From contig NZ_CAUIYF010000002.1 of NCBI RefSeq assembly GCF_962719845.1, positions 122,667 through 154,666 on the forward strand: 32,000 nucleotides of DNA. The letters run 5' to 3'. This DNA comes from Neisseria uirgultaei. Lineage in GTDB: Bacteria > Pseudomonadota > Gammaproteobacteria > Burkholderiales > Neisseriaceae. Shown piece by piece: positions 26,630-32,000 of this stretch (position 1 is its first letter; every line of letters begins with the position of its first letter). A program made the position numbers and the translations under genes. Under the pieces are notes generated by a model. It was given only the letters and a program-made list of their open reading frames with translations. It did no database searches and had not been told where the DNA came from.

Positions 26630-26954
26630 ATTTAACGCGGCCAAAATCCTGGTAAATTTTCAATTTATTGAAAATAGAACATAAATTAAAACATCAAATC
26701 CATTCAAAACAAAACAAACACCCCGAACAAGTCGGGGTGCGGATACTTGCAACGTCAAGAAATGTAAGTTTATTTGACTGTGCAATACACTATCTTTCTT
26801 TTAACAAATCGTCACAGCAATCAGACAAAAGCAACCTACATCACCTTATAAATTGAAACTGTCCAATCAATCGTAGTTCGGCAAATATGTCGAAGCCCTC
26901 AAGCGCGAAGTCGAAAAACGCAAAGGCAGAAAAATCAGCAGCCAAGAAGCGGCA

Positions 26955-27851
26955 ATGAGAATCCGCAGGCAGATACTGCGTTGGGTGGACAAAGGTTCCC
27001 AAGACGGCTATACCGACCAAAGCGTCATATCCCTTATCGGAATGAAAGGCGAAGACAAAGCCTTGGGTTATACTTGGGACTACCGCAACTACGGCACAAG
27101 AAATCCGCAAGCCTACAACGATCCGAAGCTGTTTGAGGAATACCGCCGACAGGACAAACCCGAATACCGCAACCTGACCTGGCTGCACAGCGGGACGAAA
27201 GACACCAAAATCAGGCAGAAAGAGCGGAAAAACGAAGAGTTTGCACTGAACGTTGCCGAAGGACTGACGAGCCTTGTCAACCCCAATCCGAGGATAAAAG
27301 TCCCGATTCTTGCAGGCATCCGCAACCTGAAAAACATCAAGCCGACCGTTACCGGCAGCGATCCCTTATTGGCGGGTGCGGGGAATATCCGTATCCCTGC
27401 AAACGGTAATGTTGCGAAGGGGGGCAGGATTCCGGATACGGCATTGGCGTCGAAGAGTCATCAAAAGAATGATTTGGGAGCATCTAAAGGGCAGGTGGGT
27501 AGGTCTTCTGTACCTGTACCTGAAACTGTAGAAATTAAGTTTGATAATAAAGTTGTTACTTATAAATCGAACTCAAAACACACTCCAGGTGGCTCAGGTT
27601 GGAATCCAAAAGCCGGAAAAGAACCGAAGAATTCACTTGACTTATTTATAAAGTCTAAACCAATACCATCATCTCCAACAGTTCGATTTTCAAAAGACGA
27701 ATATGGAAATATTCATCGATTTTCAGGGGATCATAATAATCAATGGCACTGGAATGGAAGTACAGGTGATGCCAATAATCCATTAAAATTAAACAATAAG
27801 GTTAAGTTTGATTTAAGAAATTTAGGTTGGAAAGAAAAGGTTTTAAAATGA
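26955..27851 (+). CDS. Orphan (5'-truncated) polymorphic-toxin C-terminal cassette: conserved GC-normal N-part plus an AT-rich variable toxin domain
   Basis: The frame is open from 26877 (FGKYVEALKREVEKRKGRKISSQEAA-MRIRRQ…) with no signal peptide or RBS, and composition switches to AT-rich at about 27465. It ends …EYGNIHRFSGDHNNQWHWNGSTGD…LGWKEKVLK*, with the stop overlapping the next ATG (ATGA). Confidence 0.6.
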   Translation: MRIRRQILRWVDKGSQDGYTDQSVISLIGMKGEDKALGYTWDYRNYGTRNPQAYNDPKLFEEYRRQDKPEYRNLTWLHSGTKDTKIRQKERKNEEFALNVAEGLTSLVNPNPRIKVPILAGIRNLKNIKPTVTGSDPLLAGAGNIRIPANGNVAKGGRIPDTALASKSHQKNDLGASKGQVGRSSVPVPETVEIKFDNKVVTYKSNSKHTPGGSGWNPKAGKEPKNSLDLFIKSKPIPSSPTVRFSKDEYGNIHRFSGDHNNQWHWNGSTGDANNPLKLNNKVKFDLRNLGWKEKVLK

Positions 27852-28312
27852 TTTTTGGAAATAAACTAGATTTTTTCGTACAAACAGACATATTAATTAG
27901 AGATGGAGATTATTGCATGGGTCCCCTTGTATTTTGGATTGATGATAAAGCATATCCGGGGGAAGGGGCTGTGTTAACGTTAAACAGTGAAATAATGACT
28001 TTAAAAAATAATTTAGATAAGGCGTTATGTAAAAAGTTTCCTGGAAGTAATCTTTCATTGCATAATATTGATTTTGAGAGAGAAGAGGAAAGTGAAGAAA
28101 ATATCATGTATTGTTATCTTTCGGAGCTGGGGGATTATGGTTTAAGAATGATGTGTGAGATTGTAGAGGATAAATTTAGGCTGTTTTACTCTCTGCATGA
28201 AGGGTCTTTTAAGCTGAAGGAAATTTCTTTACAGTATTATAGGAATATAATAGTTGAGTTATTCAAATTTATTTCAGTTCAATCAGCAAACCATAGCCCA
28301 TATGAAACCTAA
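27848..28312 (+). CDS. Putative cognate immunity protein
   Basis: The ATG at 27848 overlaps the toxin stop (ATGA). The N-terminus MIFGNKLDFFVQTDILIRDGDYCMGPLVFWIDDKAYPGEG… recalls Imm42-type immunity proteins, though that recollection is weak. The protein is acidic and cytoplasmic. Confidence 0.55.
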   Translation: MIFGNKLDFFVQTDILIRDGDYCMGPLVFWIDDKAYPGEGAVLTLNSEIMTLKNNLDKALCKKFPGSNLSLHNIDFEREEESEENIMYCYLSELGDYGLRMMCEIVEDKFRLFYSLHEGSFKLKEISLQYYRNIIVELFKFISVQSANHSPYET

Positions 28313-28409
28313 ACTCAACAAGTAGCATATGTGCGGAACGCATGTATGCGCTTCTCAAGGTTTGAGCTAAGAGCGGTCTGAAAACCGTGAACCCGTTTCA
28401 GATGGCCTT
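28292..28409. repeat. Direct repeat copy B of the module-end element (degenerate DUS pair)
   Basis: See copy A (19871-19998). Here the DUS arms are mutated (GCGGTCTGAA / TTCAGATGGC). The repeat begins inside the last codons (…SPYET*) of the immunity ORF. Confidence 0.8.
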
Positions 28410-28416
28410 TATTTAA

Positions 28417-28548
28417 CGTTACCGAGCCAGCGGGTTACAAAGTGCAGTCAATGCCGCTGCGCCCTATGCCTCCGAAGCCATAGGCAAGACATTTGGACAC
28501 GGTGAAAACAAAAACGAAATCGTCCAAACTGTCGGACACTTCCTTTTA
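28417..28548 (+). pseudogene. Short fragment of the conserved pre-toxin region of a MafB/TpsA(CdiA)-class secreted toxin
   Basis: My translation is …LQSAVNAAAPYASEAIGKTFGHGENKNEIVQTVGHFLL…. The A-A-A-P-Y…I-G…G-x-x-x-N…H-x-x-L pattern is typical of these proteins. The fragment has no start and runs into the glyA terminator. Confidence 0.35.
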
Positions 28549-28568
28549 ATAGCTTGGATTTTAAGTAA

Positions 28569-28596
28569 ATGCCGTCTGAAAAGTTTCAGACGGCAT
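28569..28596 (-). terminator. Inverted DUS pair hairpin downstream of glyA
   Basis: ATGCCGTCTGAAA-AG-TTTCAGACGGCAT lies 17 nt beyond the glyA stop. Confidence 0.65.
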
Positions 28597-28612
28597 CGGT
28601 TTTTAAAAAGGT

Positions 28613-29863
<1,251 letters not shown>

Positions 29864-30073
29864 CTCTTGATTCCTTTGTGTGGTCAGGGTTAATTATTGA
29901 AAATTTATGCGTAAAGCGGAGGATTGTCAACGATTTTGTCGGACGGTGGGGCGGTTTTCTGCGGGCGGTGTTGCCGTGTGTAACAAAACACTGGATAAAA
30001 ATATTATCTTTGTTATAATTAATGTAAAGATTCAGTTTGACTTTTTAACCGTAAACCAAGAGAGGAAAGCGAT

Positions 30074-30292
30074 ATGTTCCCAGAATACCGTGATTTGATT
30101 TCCAAATTGAAACAGGAAGATTCCCACTTCGCCCGTCTGTTCGACGAACACAACGAGCTGGACGATAAAATTACCGGTCTGGTCAACAATCCGGTTACCA
30201 GCGGCGCGGAAAACATCGATGAGCTGAAAAAAGCCAAATTGAAACTGAAAGACGAGTTGTACGCCATTCTGCAAAAAGCAGCGGGCAAATAA
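30074..30292 (+). CDS. DUF465/YdcH-family small coiled-coil protein
   Basis: The 72-aa ORF reads …KLKQEDSHFARLFDEHNELDDKI…LKKAKLKLKDELY… and has a GAGAGGA RBS. Confidence 0.75.
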   Translation: MFPEYRDLISKLKQEDSHFARLFDEHNELDDKITGLVNNPVTSGAENIDELKKAKLKLKDELYAILQKAAGK

Positions 30293-30310
30293 TTCGGGTT
30301 TGAGTTTTTG

Positions 30311-30343
30311 AAATGCCGTCTGAAATGTTTTCAGACGGCATTT
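30311..30343 (+). terminator. Inverted DUS pair hairpin plus T-run
   Basis: AAATGCCGTCTGAAA-TG-TTTTCAGACGGCATTT is followed by TTT. Confidence 0.7.
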
Positions 30344-30396
30344 TTTCCGTTCGGAAAGGCGGTTTTCTATCTTTTTAAGGCTGTGTACGAAATATC

Positions 30397-30425
30397 GGCG
30401 GCAGCGTCGGATGCGCGCTGCCGCC
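30397..30425 (-). terminator. GC-rich hairpin downstream of fbp
   Basis: GGCGGCAGCG-N9-CGCTGCCGCC is a perfect 10-bp stem 26 nt beyond the fbp stop. There is no strong U-run. Confidence 0.35.
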
Positions 30426-30450
30426 CTTCTTTATCGGTCAGGCAGCCTGT

Positions 30451-31425
30451 TTATTTTGAATGCAGGCGGTCGAGGTAATCCACTTCTTCGCGGCTGCCCA
30501 TAATGACGGCGACGCGCTGGTGCAGGCTTTCGGGCTGTATGTCGAGCATGGTCTGATATGCGTTGCTTGCCGATGCGCCCGCCTGTTCGAGTATCAGGCT
30601 CATAGGGTTGGCTTCGTACATCAGGCGCAGTTTGCCGGGTTTGGACGGGTCGCGTTTGTCTTGCGGATACATGAACACGCCGCCGCGCATCAGGATGCGG
30701 TGGATTTCGGCAACCATACTGGCTACCCAGCGCATATTGTAGTTTTTGCCGCGCGTGCCGGTTTCGCCTGCCAAGAGCTCGTCTATGTATTGTTGGATGG
30801 GGGGCAGCCAGTGGCGGCGGTTGGACATATTGATGGCAAATTCTTTGGTACTTTCGGGTACTTTCGGGTTTTCTTTGGTCAGCACAAATTCGTTTTCGGC
30901 ATTGAGCGTGAACATATACACGCCGTGCCCAAGTGTGAATACGAGCTGGGTTTGAGGCCCGTAAAGAACGTAACCGGCGGCAAGCTGCTGTCTGCCCGTT
31001 TGAAGGAATGATTCGGTTGCCAATGCGCCTTCGGGTTTTTCAAGGATGGAGAAAATCGTACCGACGGAAATGTTGACATCAATATTGGACGATCCGTCTA
31101 AAGGGTCGAATAGGACGAGATAGCGTCCGTTTTCACCGGCACTCACGAAAGTGTCTTCTTCCTCGCTTGCCAAACCGGCAACGGCAGGGTTGGCTTTGAG
31201 TGTGTCAATCATAATGTTGTTGGCGATAACGTCTAATTTTTTCTGGTCTTCGCCCTGAATATTGCCCGTGCCCGCCATACCCAATACGCCGGCCAGTGCG
31301 CCGAGGCGGACTTTGGCGTTGATTTCGGTGCAGGCGGAAACGACAGACAGTAAAACGCCGCCGAGTGATTCGGGCAGCTGGTTTTGTTGCAGGTGTTCGG
31401 GGAGGAATCGGGTCAGTGTGTCCAT
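30451..31425 (-). CDS. fbp: Fructose-1,6-bisphosphatase class 1
   Basis: I place the start at ATG 31423-31425 ([12 protein letters not shown]…; 324 aa). Motifs are EEED…, [10 protein letters not shown] and [12 protein letters not shown]. The track ORF start at 31548 is an upstream extension. Confidence 0.92.
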   Translation of the reverse strand: MDTLTRFLPEHLQQNQLPESLGGVLLSVVSACTEINAKVRLGALAGVLGMAGTGNIQGEDQKKLDVIANNIMIDTLKANPAVAGLASEEEDTFVSAGENGRYLVLFDPLDGSSNIDVNISVGTIFSILEKPEGALATESFLQTGRQQLAAGYVLYGPQTQLVFTLGHGVYMFTLNAENEFVLTKENPKVPESTKEFAINMSNRRHWLPPIQQYIDELLAGETGTRGKNYNMRWVASMVAEIHRILMRGGVFMYPQDKRDPSKPGKLRLMYEANPMSLILEQAGASASNAYQTMLDIQPESLHQRVAVIMGSREEVDYLDRLHSK

Positions 31426-31586
31426 AGTTTGCTCGTTTCGGAAAGGTTTGTGCCGTTTGAAAGGCGGCAGGTTATTGCGGCGTATTCCTTTGGCGCGTTC
31501 CGCCAAATATTGTGTGGGATTGTAGTGGAAAAAAACGGCGCGGGGCAAGTCGGAACGCGGCAGGCGGATGAGGGGATATTTATTCT

Positions 31587-31692
31587 TATAGTGGATTAAA
31601 TTTAAACCAGTACAGCGTTGCCTCGCCTTGCCGTACTATTTGTACTGTCTGCGGCTTCGTCGCCTTGTCCTGATTTTTGTTAATCCACTATA
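31587..31692. mobile_element. Correia repeat-enclosed element (short ~106-bp form)
   Basis: The terminal inverted repeats are TATAGTGGATTAAATTTAAACCAGTAC… and …TTTTTGTTAATCCACTATA. The whole sequence matches the Correia consensus. Confidence 0.92.
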
Positions 31693-31741
31693 AAAGTGCT
31701 GACTGCCGGTATATCGTCCGGTTTTGTTTGTTTGACGGGAG

Positions 31742-31770
31742 ATGCCGTCTGAAGGGTTTCAGACGGCATC
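31742..31770 (-). terminator. Inverted DUS pair hairpin downstream of rlmJ
   Basis: ATGCCGTCTGAAG-GG-TTTCAGACGGCAT lies directly beyond the stop at 31775. Confidence 0.65.
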
Positions 31771-31774
31771 GGGG

Positions 31775-32000
31775 TCAGCGGATTTTGCTGTCCAACAGGT
31801 AGCGCGCGCCTTCGTCTTGCGCCAGCAGCCGCGTCAGGGTGGGGAGGTTTGCCGCCAATTGTTCCGCCAACAGATAGGGCGGATTGATGACGAACATTCC
31901 GCTGCCGTGCATACCGAAACCGTCGGCTTTCGGCGCGTGGACGTGCAGTTCAGCGTGAAGGTAGTTGTCGGGAACGAGTTTTTTCAATTCTTCCGGCAGC
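31775..32000 (-). CDS. rlmJ: 23S rRNA (adenine2030-N6)-methyltransferase RlmJ, C-terminal part (5' end outside the window)
   Basis: The frame is open to the window edge. The motif …GMHGSGMFVINPPY… is characteristic of RlmJ/YhiR. Confidence 0.75.
   Translation of the reverse strand, partial: LPEELKKLVPDNYLHAELHVHAPKADGFGMHGSGMFVINPPYLLAEQLAANLPTLTRLLAQDEGARYLLDSKIR

Larger units (their letters stand above)
19998..26876 (+). mobile_element. Nf/MDA-type filamentous prophage with a terminal IS110-family recombinase gene (boundaries approximate)
   Basis: It has the collinear inovirus module Rep-SSB-coat-minor coat-TspB-like-pVI-like-Zot-like, then the recombinase. It begins right after the DUS pair at 19998 and ends before the truncated toxin cassette frame opens at 26877. 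No secretin gene is present, which is typical for Nf. Confidence 0.75.

Noticed and set aside
26668-26856. 62-aa ORF downstream of the recombinase, and minus-strand ORF 26841-27188
   Set aside because: Neither has an RBS, and the first is a low-complexity Lys/His/Gln-rich translation in a non-coding AT-rich tail. The second is antisense to the conserved toxin-cassette frame. The 26630-26876 region is instead kept in mind as an alternative location for a recombinase-associated ncRNA.

Overview
This is a Neisseria chromosomal segment. The evidence is dozens of GCCGTCTGAA uptake sequences (often as inverted pairs acting as terminators), a dRS3/NIME repeat array and a Correia element. The core genes are sucA(partial)-sucB-lpdA-(small membrane ORF)-sucC-sucD, uvrA, psd, the zinc-regulated TonB-dependent receptor znuD/tdfJ with a perfect Zur-box palindrome, trpG/pabA-trpD, glyA, a DUF465 gene, fbp and rlmJ(partial). 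Three accessory patches interrupt this backbone. (1) 6.9-8.7 kb holds an IS630-family transposase remnant, a REP-associated tyrosine transposase (RayT) gene broken by a 20-bp tandem duplication, a 33-bp-arm palindrome, GTAG-headed REP-like repeats, and an AT-rich membrane protein resembling putative abortive-infection (putAbiC-type) proteins that starts 1 nt after the uvrA stop. (2) 12.56-13.42 kb is a ~147-bp-period NIME array of dRS3 (ATTCCC-N8-GGGAAT) repeats. (3) 17.95-28.55 kb, between trpD and glyA, is an AT-rich islet of orphan polymorphic-toxin C-terminal cassettes with translationally coupled immunity genes. Nested in it is an Nf/MDA-type filamentous prophage (HUH Rep, ssDNA-binding protein, major coat, TspB-like adsorption protein, pVI-like protein, Zot-like ATPase, small moron ORF) followed by an IS110-family (PivNM/Irg-like) DEDD recombinase. 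The most interesting hypothesis is that the ~390-nt, stem-loop-rich leader upstream of the recombinase, which contains several short matches to the dRS3 core, encodes a bridge-RNA-like guide, so that the phage integrates by RNA-guided recombination. Other notable points are a C9 homopolymer inside the znuD signal-peptide codons (possible phase variation) and an uncharacterised toxin domain/immunity pair at 27.47-28.31 kb. No rRNA, tRNA or CRISPR array was seen.
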